From the human T2T-CHM13v2.0 reference genome, Homo sapiens, in NCBI RefSeq assembly GCF_009914755.1, contig NC_060929.1: a stretch of DNA of 64,000 nt; one strand, given 5' to 3'. Positions 14,076 to 27,416 of the stretch are shown in pieces (position 1 is the first letter of the stretch; every line of letters starts with the position of its first letter). The notes under the pieces were generated by a model. The model had not been told where the DNA came from. It saw nothing but the letters and a program-made list of their open reading frames with translations, and did no database searches. The position numbers were made by a program, and so were the translations under genes.

Positions 14076-14542
14076 TCGATGGTTAATTTCATGTGCTAAC
14101 GTGGCTAGGCTTTGTGTCCAGTTGCTTGGTCAAACACTAATCTAGATGTTGCTATGAGGGCATTTCTTAGAGGTGACTGAACAATTACAATCATTTAACC
14201 TGAAACAAAGCAGATCACTTCCATAATCTGGGTGGGCCTCATCCAATCAGTTGAAGGTCTTCAGAACACAAACTAGGGTTTCCCAGAGAAGGAGGAATTC
14301 ACCCTCAAAACCATAACATAAGAAATCCTTCCTGAGTTCCCATCCTGCTGGTCTGTCTGATGAACTTTAGATTCAAGACTGCAACATAAACCCTTATCTG
14401 AATCTCCAGGCTGCCATGCTGCCCTACAGATTTTGGACTGCCAGACTCCATAATCATGTGATCTAATTCCTTAAAATAAATCTCCCTCTCTATATATATT
14501 CCCAAGTGGTTCTGTTTCTTTGGAGAACCCTGACTGATATTC
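14076..14542 (+). mobile_element. MLT2 (ERVL) solo LTR
   Basis: gatggttaatttcatgtg start, ataatctgggtgggcctcatccaatcagttgaagg, and end ttctgtttctttggagaaccctgact. Confidence 0.88.
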
Positions 14543-14559
14543 TCATAAACTACAAAATA

Positions 14560-15005
14560 AATTACCTGCAGTTGGTTTCCATAAAGCAGGGACTGAGATA
14601 AAGCATTATGTGCAAATGATCTATTGAGGAGGTACTTTAAGGAGAAATCGGTCAGGGAGGAGGCGGGGGGGATAGAAGAGGGAAGGGAGGAATCCCATTC
14701 CAGCAAGGGAGCAATTTCAGATAAAGGCCTATTCTTGACCTGGTTTCATGAGGAGCTCTGGAGAGTAAATTGTACCCTAGAGTTGGTGCTACCTTGAGAA
14801 AAGGTAGCTGACCTTTTATATTCTGCAGCAATCAGTCATTGGGTAAGTGTTGGTGGGGCCCTGTATACTCCTAGGTAGTGCTGACTTTCTGTGTTGCTGG
14901 TACAAGTTGTTGGAAGCAAAGTACAAAGACGCTGAAGGTTGAGTGTATAAAATAGTAAGCTGGATCTTCGGGGATGTGGGTGAAGCATGGACAGTCCCAC
15001 TCTAT
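14560..15005 (-). mobile_element. LTR16-like ERVL LTR
   Basis: aagcagggactgagataaag...tgtgcaaatgatctattgaggaggtac resembles the reverse of LTR16. Highly diverged. Confidence 0.55.
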
Positions 15006-18000
15006 AGACAGTTAATAAATTTGGTTGAGTTGGCCTAAGCCGTGCTATGTGCCAACTACTTTAATGTGCAGTGCTAAATCATATAATGATAGATTAAACA
15101 TAGAATTTAATATGACTATATATCTCTTACACAGGAAATAAATATTCCTCCTTTTCCTATTTCTGAAGAACAAGAAAAGAATTGTAGGTCAACTACCATC
15201 ACCATAGTCAGACAATAGTTTCACCCTACTATGTTCCCAGCATAGTGCTGGATACTGAGGAACATACACAGAAGTATTAAGACCTGTTCCCTGCTCCCTA
15301 GAAGTTCAGAAATTTACATAGGAAAATCATGTAAGTGTATTTTTAGTATCTGAATGAAGTTTCAGCCTCTTCCTTATTTGTGATATGGGAATAATAGTGA
15401 TATCTGTCTCATCTGACTGATATGATAATTAAATAAACACATTCAAAATGGTTAGCACAGAGAAAAGCACATAAATGAAAATTATTTCTACTTTTTATTC
15501 TTTTGCCAGACTATAAGCTGCATGAAAGCAGAGATCTTGCTTTCCAGGCTATTTCCCCCCAGCCATCGCCAGAGTCTAGCACAGTTCCTAACTTGTAACA
15601 GGCATTTCATACGTATTTCAATGAATAGGAGATGTGAACTAATGAATTTTCATCTCTTTTCTGTCTCTTCTAATGTTGTAACTTTTATTTTTAAACATAG
15701 GATTCTCAAGGGCAAAGAATTAATGCTAGTTATAAGTTATGTACAGTTGGCACTTAATGTTAAGTAATAATATTTGAGTCAATTTGATATATTTATTGTT
15801 CTTCAGGGAGGTACCCATTGTTTATTAGCCTTTAGGAGATGTCTTAATTGTAAGGGAAAATAGAAGACACATGGGGTGCAGGTATTCGCTGAGCTGTTCA
15901 GTGAACTACATTACTGAAATGTTGCCAAACACTAAAGTTCTATTCAGAATTGTTAATCAGTCTGCATATTCTTGTCTCATCTTCAAAGTTACTAACTGCA
16001 TATCATCATCTATTTCTTATGATTGTTCAAAGTATAGCTAATTAAATTGTCCTTCTCTACCTGAAATGTGCTCCTCTCTTGACAAGCTAAAGCTGTACCC
16101 AGGTAAGGGGGCTCCTTATATGTTCATTCATTGATTTGCTTTTCAGATTTGTATGCCCCCATTGTGCTGGGCACAGTGAAATACTTTGAAAATGAAAAGG
16201 TGAATAAAAGTGCCTCTCCTCAGGTGATTCAGACATTGGTAGGGGATCATATTTTTCAGATTTTCTATTGTGGCACATAACAACAATAAATTTGGTGAAC
16301 AAATCTTAAATGTATAACATATAACCACCACCTATATTTTTAAAAAAAATTATTCCAGAAGGCTCCTACCTGCTCCTTCTCAGTCAATAATTCCCCACCA
16401 AGAAAGATCTACCACTCTGACTTCTAGCACCTCAGATTAGATTTACTTGCAAAGAGACATTTAAAGGATCGTTTTGATACTATTTTGAAAGTACTATACA
16501 AAGATGGGTCCAAGGAGATGTTAGATCATAGTGAAGCAAAAGAGATCCCAGGAAGGGGAAGAATGTAAATCTTCATAGAGAAATGACATTTCAATTATAT
16601 GTAGAATAATATGTACAATTTAGGCAATGAAAAATGTGGTGGAGAGGGACTTCAATGCACCAAAAGTGGCATGCGCTGAGAGCATTTTGTGTTCAGTAGG
16701 TGGCAGGTAGATCACTTTGTTAAACAGTGGGTCAATGGGAGGAGAGACGTGGGGTATCAGCGAGAAAGATTAATTGGCATCAGATATAAGACTTTTTGTA
16801 ACATGTTGGGAGTTTTTCATGTCATAAGCAACAGGAGGCTAGGATTGGTCTAATTTGAGTGAAGAGATTTGGAAAGGAATAATGTGAAGAAAACTAACAG
16901 AGTGCAGAGGCCACATTTCCCACTGAAGAAGAAAGTGATAACAGAATCATAATGCCGCAATGGTAACTCCACTGTCTGTTTCTAAGTAGTGGGTTTCCAG
17001 GTCTTAAAATTCTAATTGCACAGGGGTACTATAGGAAGCATTAGAGTCTTTGTAACAGAAAATGCTCACATGTTTAAATGAATTGGGAAGTATACGGTTG
17101 TCTGACATGAGGAGATCAAAGGATGACGGGCTGGCTTTATGCGCTTTCATGAGCGTGTGCTCACACTCAACATGATAGGGACTAATGGGGTGTCTCCTTT
17201 AAATGTCCCTCAGTTTTTTTGGTTAATCTGGAAAGGAGAGGGTAGAGAAGATACTGGTAGAATGATGCAATCCTTTCCATGAGGTGAATAACCTGATATA
17301 ATGACTATTATGCTTTCTTTCTTCCCTAAATCACCTCATTTTTTTTTTTTCCTACCTGATACAGTGGTCCTAGGACCAGGACTGCAACTATAAGTGCTGG
17401 AAGCAGGGATGATTCCTAAGCAAAAAACTGCGGCTATGTTTTCAAACCTTATGTCAGCATTTCTAAGGCCCTGATGAGAAAGTGTTGTGCCTTCACCCCA
17501 TCTGCCAAAATTGGGTCTCAGAGTGAATGCAGCTATAATGACTGGTGGTAAAAAATAAATAAATAAAAATAGACAACTAGTTGTGCTAGTTACTTAACCT
17601 ATCTGAATGCGAGTGGACTGAGGAGGAGGTAATTGCTAGACTAGTGAAAATGTGTGGGTATTAATGGACAGAAGGAGGAATAGTAGCTGAGAGTAAAGAA
17701 GTGAATACATTAGTTATGAATTGATGGAAATCCAATCTTCACACCTCAAAAGAGCCTAGAGCAAGAGATTGTATTGTCTCCTAGCTCAATTCTAACCAGA
17801 TGCATAAAAGGGTAAAGCTACATGTTTGCCAAGCCCACGCTGCTTTGGGGACCTGAGAGGAAGAAATGGAAGCCTGAAAACCTGAATGACCCCACTCTGG
17901 GAGATATTTTCATGCCATATGATGAACTGGACTAATTATTAATGACTGAGTGGGATTCTAATAATATGGCAGTCTCTTTTGAGTTATATATCCTTTTGAC

Positions 18001-18034
18001 GTAAGAGATTCATGTTTGAAGACCAAGGGCTGAC

Positions 18035-18840
18035 CATGATTTTGTGAAATTTATACTTGGTCTCTGTCCCTGTTTCCTGGCATGCAACTCCTAAAATCCT
18101 TAGAATCTCCAAAGTGATGTCTTTTTGCTTGCTACTGAGTTGACTGATGGCTGGCAGCCTGTTGGTAGCTTCAGGATGGGGCTGGTCACCAGAAAGATGA
18201 AGACAGAGTTAGAGGGTTGGGACTTTCACCCCCACCTCCTCAACCTCTAGGGAGGAGACAGGACTTTAAGGTTGTAATGATCACCAATGTCCAATGGGAT
18301 TAATCAGTCATGCCTATGTAATGAAGCCTCCATAAAAACCCGAAGGACAGGGTTCAGGGAGCTTCTGGATAGCAAAATACTTGGATATCCTGGAGGATGT
18401 TACACCTGGAGAGGGCCTGGGGCCTTCTTACCCCTTTCCATGTGCCTTGCCCTATGCATCTCTTGACCTGTATCGTTTGTAATATTCGTTGTAATAAACC
18501 AGGAAAGGTATTTCCTTCGATTCTGTGAGCCCTTCTAGCAAATTAATTGAACCCAAGGATGGGGTTATAGGAACCCCAATTTATAGCCAGTAGGTCAGAA
18601 GCTCAGGCTTGTGATTGGCATCAGCAGTCAGGAGGCAGTCTTGTGAGACGAAGCCCTCAACCTTTGGGATCTGACGCTGTCTCCAGGTAATCAGTGTCAG
18701 AATTGTATTGAATTAGAGGATACCCAGCTGGTGTCCACTGCAAAACTGATTGCTTGCTGGTATGTAGGGAAAAAGAAACACACACATTTGGTCACAAAAG
18801 TCTTTGTGTGGATTTTTGTGGGATGAAAGTGAAGGAAAAC
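18035..18840 (+). mobile_element. MER21-family LTR
   Basis: gcttcaggatggggctggtcaccagaaaga, taatcagtcatgcctatgtaatgaagcctccataaaaaccc and gggatctgacgctgtctccagg are MER21 motifs. Confidence 0.85.
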
Positions 18841-20062
18841 TTCTTAAATACCCAATAGTCAAACATAGTAGGTTTCTATAAATTAAGAGTGCCTTTAATA
18901 TATACATTGGGATCTTGGGAGAGGGAATATTGTATATTTTCTTTTGTTTTTACGTTTGAGTAAATTTTTTTTTCTTTCAGCTTTATAGCATCTTGTGGTG
19001 TGGACGGTGCTCTACAGTACACTTTGTGAAATGTTGCTATACAGTGAAAACATGAAAAACAGCCTATAAGAAAGTTCACCTCCATCGTATAGATTTATAA
19101 ACTGAACAGGTTAAGCTAGATCCACATCATTCTGAAATATATATTATTTCCGTAAAAGTAATCAAATCATCTCTTAACCCAGAGATATTAATCCTGGGCC
19201 CTGGATCCCAGGAATCTTCAAAGGTAGTAAGTGTTGGTCCTCGGCAATAAAAGATAGAAAATCCCTAACCCAGTGAAAATATTTAGGAATGTGCAAGTAA
19301 CATTTTTCTTCAAACTTGAAATCCTGCTCTTGAAAATAAGATGTTAAAAGAAGACAGGGCTCTGTGAAAGAGAGCCCCTGTTATATCACAAGAATGGCTC
19401 AAGATGCTAACTCAGGAACAAGCCTGAGTGATAGCTCAATGGCGCGGAGATCGAAAGCAACGTGAGCATTGTGTGCTGTGAGGATGGACTTGCAGAAAGT
19501 TTCCTCTGATTGGACCAGTTCACAGCCACAGCACACGGTTTAAGATTCAAGGGTAAATGGTGTTTGAGTCTGGCTAGATGTATTGACTAAAACCAGTGAT
19601 GAACTCTCCACTTCAAAAACAATGCAGTGAATATCTGCAAAGGCCATTCCTCCTGCACGCTCCTCAGACATGGTTATAAGTTAAGAGCTTAAGACAGAGC
19701 ATCCATGCCGAGCCTGGCTTGGTTTCATTTTTCTGTTCTAAATTGAGCATTTTTTTTTTTCTGATGTTCAAAGACTACAGATACCCAGGAGAAGAGAGGA
19801 TATAAGCATAGTACATGCTTCAAATTTTGTAAAATAAGAAGTCTTATTTCTTGTGATTGTATCTTGATTATATTTTGATCATTTGCCAGCATGGCTGTGT
19901 GCCCATCGTTGCTTCTTCATAATTTTTAGTTTATGAGTGTGGAAATTCACAAAAAAATAAAATATTCTCAACAACAGTATACAAAGCATCACTTTTATTT
20001 TACATTTAAGGTAACAGTAAGGTTACCTTGACAGCATTTAACATAGCTCAGAGTAAATTTTC

Positions 20063-20378
<316 letters not shown>

Positions 20379-22033
20379 GGACTCTGAGTAAATTTTCAAT
20401 GTTTTTACACTGCAGTATTGCCAGAGTTCAGGAATAAAGTTTAGAAAATGTTTGATATTTTTGGAGGTTTATCTTGTATTATCGTTATTTTTTGCCTGAA
20501 AATTGATAAAATCAGTTTGCTTTCAACCACAAACCTCCAAAATCACACTGTTTCTAAGAATCTTATCTTACAGCAAATGAAAATATTCTGCCACAAATGT
20601 TTAATTTATGTCATCCTGAAAATTACCTCAAAATGAGAAAGACCAAGCAAGTTACATTTATCTCAGTTTTCTTTTAAATTAAATGAAGTTTTGAAAATCT
20701 TCCATCAGCTCAGTATGTCTGTGGCCATTTGTTAATCATCAACTTAATTTGTGATGATTATTTTATGTTCATATATCATTTTTATGCGTTATAGAAGAGA
20801 GAGCACACTCATGTCCCTTCATGCACAGGCTCTCTACAGCGCACCCACGTTATTAGTACACACCAGAGTACTTCTTTACAGAGAAACCACAGCTCAGAAA
20901 AGATGTCCTGTCCAGTGTCACCCAGTGACCAGAATCCTCACCCAATTTCATGAAGAACTAAATATAGAATCTATTTAGAAAATTAATTAAATCAGTACAT
21001 TTTAATGCTAGAAAGAAGTCCAAATTTCATCTGGTCTTATCAAATGTAAATGAGATGACAAAGGCTCAGAGATGTCCAGTCATTTTCTCAGTGCTATCCC
21101 CTCAACCCCATCCCCATCCCACTGCCTTAACTTCTTAGAAGCAGAATTGATACTCGAGTTTTAGATTTCTGACATGTGGCTTCCATGTTCTTTCTCCCTC
21201 TTAGGAGGGACTTTGCCACCTTCATATCTGCAGCTTTATTTATTTATTTTTCTCATTCACAAGCAATTTTAATATAGAGGCTTAGATTATCTAGGATAAT
21301 AAAGAATACTACTGACCACTAAATCCAATCCAATGTATTCTCTGGATAGGTGAATAAAACCCTGTGTAGGTATATAACTTTCCAGCATGAGTAAGTCATA
21401 TCCTAAAAGGTATGGCAGATTTCCTGTCATGATCTTAGCTGCTGAATTTACTTTCAAATCTAAACTCAGATGTTTATAATTGGCAATTCATGCAGCTCTC
21501 TTGTTCCATTCCAGTTATACTGAAATGAGCACCAGCAGATACTATTTGCGGTAGGTATTCTCAGAACCAGAAGAAAAATAAATGTTAGTGAATAACAGAA
21601 TTAAGATTCATTATTCTTGTATATCCTGACAGTATTGAATATGACTGATTGCACAGTATAGAGAAGTGGTTTTGTTATATTCATCATTGTGGGCTTTGAA
21701 GAGCTAGAATAAGAAAATGGATTTCAACGTGAACTCCCATCCTATGTTATAAAAATCTGCAGGTTAAATATGTTGAACATTTTTGTGAACCATGAAGTAC
21801 ATGCAAAATAGATGCGTTGAAAATATATAATTTTATGTACACAGTTACACACACATATGCACATACACATTTACTATGTGTGTGGCATTTAATTCCTATC
21901 TGTATACAATAGCATGGTTCAAAGTACCTTTTCTGTTGAAGTCACTGAAGCTTGATTTCCAACACCTCGCTATCTTATCTTCCTTCCCTTCAATCTCTCA
22001 GTTAATAGGATTTCTATAAACCAGCACAGCAGT

Positions 22034-22104
22034 GGCCTTGGTAGCTCAGCAGATTAGCCGGTGAGCTTTCATCCTTGGAACCTAGTTCAAATTCAGTCCT
22101 GACC
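22034..22104 (+). mobile_element. Ancient tRNA-derived SINE head (AmnSINE2/LF-SINE-like) or degenerate tRNA pseudogene
   Basis: A-box-like TAGCTCAGCAG (22042), anticodon-loop-like GCTTTCATC and B-box-like GTTCAAATTC (22085) at tRNA spacing. Stems are poorly paired. Confidence 0.5.
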
Positions 22105-24424
22105 AAGATGTCTAATAATCCTCCATGGGCAGATTGCTCTCAAAAGGGCATGAAGCCTAGTTTATCTCTGAACCTGATGTGGAGCTCTGTTTTTTGAACC
22201 CTTCCTAAAACCTGAGGTTTCATTCATGCAACTGAGAAAGAAGACGAAATATAGGCATTTGCTTTTAGGTTATAGACTAGTTTCTCTTCTGCAAAGAATT
22301 CAAGATATCTCTGGGAAAAAAAAAATTCCTTGCTTCTCTCCGCAACCATCAATATTCTAGAAATAGCCAAAATTAAAACATTATTTTTAATCTCTTTACA
22401 ACCCCTTTACCACAAGGATCTGTTAGTAGTTTTCACTGCCTCTTCTTACCATTTTAACTATACTATTGCACATGGAAATACTAGAGTGATATTATTATGT
22501 TACTCCTTTAATAAGACCCTACAATGATGATGCTTTGTTGTTTGTTCTGCCTTATAGCCAAACATACCTGAATAGCAAGTTGCTACATGATATATTTTTT
22601 TCCTTCTCATCATGGTCAACATTTTAGTTGGGCGGAAAAACGTATCTTCCATAAACACCACGCTTCTCTGGTCTCTGAGCATTTGATACTGATACAGCTC
22701 CCATACCATTCCTTCCCAACTGCTCGAATGCCTTTAGTATTCTTTTTCAGTCGTACCTATTCTTTAAAAATTACTGGCTTCATCTCCTCTGTAAATGTCT
22801 TTCTGTCATATTGGTTCACAAAATCTCAAACTTTTTTATAAGTTATATCAGAAAGAATACTACATTGGAGTCAGGTAACCAGCCTTCTATTCATTTCTAT
22901 TTCATCAGTTAGCTGTGTGATCTAGATCAAGACATTGAGGGTGAAGACGATGATGACAACGATAATGCGATTTTAAAAACAACTGTAGTTATCTGCTAGA
23001 TCCTAAGTGTTGTGCTGGGTGCTTTATCCAAAATGTATTTCAACATTTCACTATGAGTATATAAGTGTAATATTCAATCCTATAAATAGCTTACATGTAA
23101 GACACACCAACTTTTTATAGAAAAGGTTGTGGAGAACTTTAAAGCAATTTGCCCAGGTAGTAGTGTAATCTGGAATTGAGTTCAATTCAGGCTGATTATT
23201 TGTGTAACTTCTAATAATGACTGTGTTGATTCTCTCCCTTTAATCTAGCTGAGCTTCACCTATCGAAGGAGAGGATCTCAATGTGTACTCATGAAGTTCT
23301 TCCAGATGGAGAAGTGCAATCATTTTATACATTCTTATTTCAATTGCACTATGTAATTTTCTCTGAGTATTTGTCAAACACTCAAAAAATATATATATAA
23401 AGAACATTTATATATGTATATATAATTTTTATTTATACTTTATGTATATAAGTTACACTTTTAAAAAACATATATATATATATAATTTATATTGCACAGT
23501 CAATATTGGGAATTCAACTCCGCCTTTTTTTGTAGACAAAACAAATTTTTAAATACATAACCTATAGTCATTTATTTGCCCTAAAAGTAGAAATAAAGCA
23601 GTCCAAATCCTGCTTCATTGAAACCTCTCCAAGCGTTCAATCCTCCCTGTCGTGAAGAGTAGGTTACTGCATTGAGAAATTTTCTGTAAACTAGTAGTAA
23701 AGAGATATTTGAATAACATTTGAATATTGTTTATGTTCTGCACAATCCCAGTATGAACTTTCAAACATTTTAAAATAGGAAAATATTAAAAATGACCTAT
23801 AATTTGAAAGAAATTATTGTCTATTTTTGCTAATTGTAAGCAGATTTCTTTAGAATGAGTAATACCTAGGAAATGGTTATAATCCTTTCTTCCCCAAAAT
23901 GATGGAGGAGCTAGGAAGGCTAGAAAATTTTCCATTAGCAGTGAACTGAGTCTGCAAATCTCTTTTCTCAAATACTTAAAAAAATAAACAGCTAAATGTT
24001 GAGAAATTTTAGTCTTCAAATCTCTTTCAACACTTTTATGCAGTCTTCCTACATTAATAGATATTGAGTTGTAATGATCATATCAGTTTCTGTTCACAAA
24101 TTGTAATAATGAAATATGTCCTTTCATATTTCTTTTTATTTGATCCACTTGGATAATACAGAAAAACTAGTTCAATTTTTAGAAATTGCTCAGTCACGTA
24201 TTCTTACATTTTTCTGATGCCAAATCAATGTGAATGGCTGATTGATCTGCTGAGGTTGTGATTAATGTATAAGACAAGAAAATATTTAATAGTTGATCCA
24301 GCTGCTTAGAAATAATATTTTAAGTCTCTACCTTAGCTTCAAAAAAACTAGGGTAAATTTTTCGCTTAAAAAAGCAATTCTCTGTGTATCAGTATTATCA
24401 TTACTAATTTAATCAAGTTTGGTG

Positions 24425-24670
24425 AAGCACTATGGCATAATAATTTTAGAATCACTCAGAATTAGGTTTAAGTTTTGGCTTTACCATTTTATTTACTGGG
24501 CGTTGGACAAATTTCTTCATACATATATATATATATGTCTCCATTTTCTTATTTTAAAATTTAAACAGTAAACATTACGTTTCCTAATAGAGTTGTTATA
24601 AGGATTAAATGAGATCCTTCACGTGAATTTATCAGAGTACCTCGCATATAATACATATTTAATAAATGTA
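24425..24670 (+). mobile_element. MIR SINE
   Basis: gagttgttataaggattaaatgagat core and flanking MIR motifs. Confidence 0.65.
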
Positions 24671-25240
24671 CATATTCAATTAATGTGTGGTAACTTAAGC
24701 ATAGTTAATGTGATCGTAATGGCATAGTTAACATTAAGTTCAAGAACAATAAGAAATAGTTGGGTGAGGAGATAATTATGTAAGACCATTTAGTTTTACA
24801 CATTTTTGTTTCTAGTGCTTTAATCTATATTTAAAAATTTAGTCAGACTGCATGAATTCTAGGATTCAGGGTATATTTTCTTCTATTTTATTAGAGCCTA
24901 TTGTATATAGTTAATGCCTTTGTCCATTTATCTTTTATGCTAAAAGAACTATGAGGTTAAATAAAGATGGTTATAGATACAATAACTATGACCTTACCCA
25001 TATCTGCAGACCTAGAATCTGAGATTAGGTTTTCTAGTTTCTGTCTAAATAGTTCTATCCAACAGCATGGCTCTCAGACTACAGAAGAGAAACTTTAAAC
25101 TCCCTAATCTAGCAATGATTGCTCTTAGCATACCTGATTCATTCATTCATTAATTTTAAAGCAGATTTTATTATTTACCATGTGGCCAGAATTCTGCTAA
25201 GTGAAAGTTATATCATCATAAGTAAAAAATGTCCCTTACG

Positions 25241-25540
25241 GGCTGGGCACTGTGGCTCACGCCTGTAATCCCAGCACTTTGGGACGCCAAGGCAGGCGGA
25301 TAACCTGAGATCAGGAGTTCAAGACCAGCCTGGCCAATATGGCAAAACCCCGTCTCTGCTAAAAATACAAAATTTAGCCGAGCATGGTGGCAGGCACTTG
25401 TAATCCCAGCTACTCGGAAGGCTGAGGCAGAAGAATCGCTTAAATCTGGGAGGCAGAGGTTGCAGTGAGCCGAGATCTTACACCACTGCACTCCAGCCTG
25501 GGAGACAAAAGCGAAACTCCGTCCAAAAAAAGAAAAAAAA
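25241..25540 (+). mobile_element. Alu (AluSx/Sq-like)
   Basis: Full dimer, poly(A) tail, TSD ending ccttac. Confidence 0.97.
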
Positions 25541-25577
25541 AAAAGTTCCTTACATCTGTAGATCTGATACTCTAGCA

Positions 25578-25801
25578 CATGGTTGGCAAACAGACCGTGG
25601 GCAAAATATGTCTGGCCCATTACCGGTGTTTGTAAGTAAAGTTTTACTGGACCACAGATGCACTAACTCATTTACATATTGTCTGTCACAGGTTTTATGC
25701 TGGGATAGGAAAATTGAGTAGTTCCAACAGAGGCCTTAGAACCCACAGGACGTAAAATATTTACTATCTGTCCTTTTGCCAAAAATGATTGCCAACCCTT
25801 G
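25578..25801. mobile_element. MER58A hAT-Charlie DNA transposon
   Basis: TIRs catggttggcaaac / attgccaacccttg, internal gtaagtaaagttttactgga, flanking NTCTAGNN-type sites. Confidence 0.8.
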
Positions 25802-25968
25802 GTCTAGAGGAGAAAGGTATTGCATAAGTAAATCGAATACATAACTAATTTTAACAAAGTTGTGATAGGTGCTATTAAAGCAAATAATAGAGTGAACCTA
25901 ATTTGAATGATGTGGTCAGGCTACAGTTAACATTTATTTTTATCTACACAATCAGTTGTGGTCTAACC

Positions 25969-26448
25969 CAGGGGTCCCCAGCCCCTGGGCCGCCGACCAG
26001 TACTGGTAGTCCGTGGCCCGTTAGAAATTAGGCCGCACAGCAGGAGGTGAGCAGCAGGCTAGCCAGCATTACCACCTAAGCTCTACTGCCTATCAGATCA
26101 GTGCATTTGATTCTCACAGGAGCACAACCCCTGTTGTGAACTGCACATACGAGGGATCTAGGTTGCACCCTTCTTATGAGAATCTAATGCCTGATGATCT
26201 GTCACTGTCTCCCATCATCCCCAGATGGAACCATCTAGTTACAGGAAAACAAACTCAGGGTTCCCACTGAATTCTACATTACGGTGAGTTGTGAAATTAT
26301 TTCATTATATATTACAATGTAATAATAGAAATAAAGTGCACTATAAATGTATGTGCTTCAATCATCCTGAAACCATCCCCTCCCCAGTTCTGTGGAAAAA
26401 CTGTCTTTGATGAAACCTGTCCCTGATGCCAAAGGTTGAGGACCGCTG
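25969..26448. mobile_element. MER1A hAT-Charlie DNA transposon
   Basis: TIRs caggggtccccagcc / ggttgaggaccgctg and 8-bp TSD gtctaacc/gtctagcc. Confidence 0.92.
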
Positions 26449-27014
26449 GTCTAGCCAACCCTCCAAGACACCTGTCCTCCTTGTGGTGTTTCAGTGATAT
26501 ACTCAGGTCTTCAGGCTCCACCACCTCAACAAGCTCATTGTCAAAAATGAAGAGAGTCAGCAGAATCACATGGGTAGTTTGACTGCCCCAGCTTGGAAGC
26601 AACACTTGCCATTTCTGCTTGTCATTGGCCAGAATGAGTCACACGGCCCAGCATAAAGCCAAGGAAGCTGGGATGTATCTCCCTTACATCCTAAGACATA
26701 ACTCCCTTATGCCTAAGATGGAGCAGAAGACCAGCAATTGTTGAGCACAAATAATATTTGTCACATCAGGGAAAGCCCTTTTGAGAAAGTTACATGTACT
26801 GTAATCTGAAACCTGAAAATAAAGAATGAGTCCGGCAGGTAAAAAGTAGGCAGTACCATCATCAGACACAGGAATCAGGATGTGAGAAGGCAGAGGAAAA
26901 CCAGATGTGAGGCCTCGGTGTGTTCCAAGAACCGAAGAAGACCATCGAGTGTGGGGAAAGTGGAAAAAGTAATCGGAGAAGAATTCAGGAACAAGGTCTG
27001 GAAGGGCCTCGTAA

Positions 27015-27416
<402 letters not shown>

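Noticed and set aside
17330-18030. Possible ancient LTR (MamGyp/ERVL-like)
   Set aside because: It looks LTR-like, but I cannot define termini or family from sequence alone.
18960-19115. Plus-strand exon candidate (tttttttttctttcag ... aacag|gttaag) and other isolated acceptor-like sites near 8375, 27850 and 55355
   Set aside because: Donors are weak or absent and there is no coherent reading frame. Such sites are common in T-rich DNA.
22034-22104. Functional tRNA gene
   Set aside because: The acceptor and T stems do not pair well, and no T-run terminator follows directly.
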